NCBI RefSeq assembly: GCF_018350175.1
Contig: NC_058368.1
Span: 80,478,001 to 80,542,000 of the forward strand
Length of the DNA: 64,000 nt
DNA from: Felis catus
Lineage: Eukaryota
Reading direction: 5' to 3'
Part shown: piece after piece, positions 63,584 to 64,000 of the stretch
Position numbering within the stretch: the first letter of the stretch is position 1
Layout of the letters: each line of letters opens with the position of its first letter
Notes under the pieces: generated by a model
Told to the model about the DNA's origin: nothing
Databases searched by the model: none
The model's input: only the letters and a program-made list of their open reading frames with translations
Position numbers and translations under genes: made by a program

Positions 63584-64000
63584 ACCTCAGCGACTTCTTT
63601 AAAAGCCCAGACAGACATCACTTAGTCTTGGTTTTAACTTGAAACGCAGCTGAAACAGTGACCCTTCCCTCGATTTAAAAAGAACGATTAAAGACAGGAC
63701 GTGTACGTGGTGTGATGGACGAGGACCTGCCCACACGTACTGACGTCTCTCGTGCGTGAGGCCCAGACTGGACAGAGAGAGAGGACCCTCCAGAGATGTC
63801 AGACTATAACCTTCCTTTCGGTGAAGCCTTTTCAATGTCTTATTCCGATAAACTTCCTCACGTGATCATGTAAAGGGCTTTGTGAAAAGCAACCTGTCTA
63901 CCCTAAAAGGCTTGCTCTGAACGTGGTTTCCACCTGGGGATATGGTCCTGGGTGGAATTTTATTGTCTTAATTGTTAGTTTACTGTATTTTCCCCTCCAG

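Noticed and set aside
63960..64000. Good plus-strand splice acceptor (cttaat...ttttcccctccag) at the window end
   Set aside because: The downstream sequence is outside the window, so an exon cannot be assessed.

Overview
Mammalian genomic DNA from a cat-family (Felidae) animal, judged from about 25 felid-type Can-SINE (SINEC_Fc-like) copies. The left quarter holds the 5' part of ANKRD10 on the minus strand: a CpG-island/GC-box promoter at about 14.3-16.4 kb and coding exons 1-3 (15455-15246, 12384-12232, 8070-7979). The large intron 3 runs off the left edge. That intron has a 5.5-kb AT-rich block with no recognisable transposons, holding several candidate stop-introducing (poison/decoy) exons, including an 8-nt microexon candidate. 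The remaining ~48 kb upstream is non-coding and rich in SINE, L1, L2, MIR, MaLR, ERV1 and DNA-transposon remnants. I found no other credible protein-coding gene; nearly all ORF-track entries are GC-rich or repeat-derived noise. The most unusual non-coding structures are three. First, a six-copy ~67-bp tandem array in which every unit carries a CRE + ETS/E2F composite motif (46958-47362). Second, a young, intact solo LTR nested in an older ERV1 LTR right beside that array. Third, an ~820-bp 18-mer minisatellite with higher-order blocks (61884-62700). Repeat family names come from recalled consensus sequences, not database searches, and repeat boundaries are approximate. I cannot show a new biological system from sequence alone; the findings are testable candidates.
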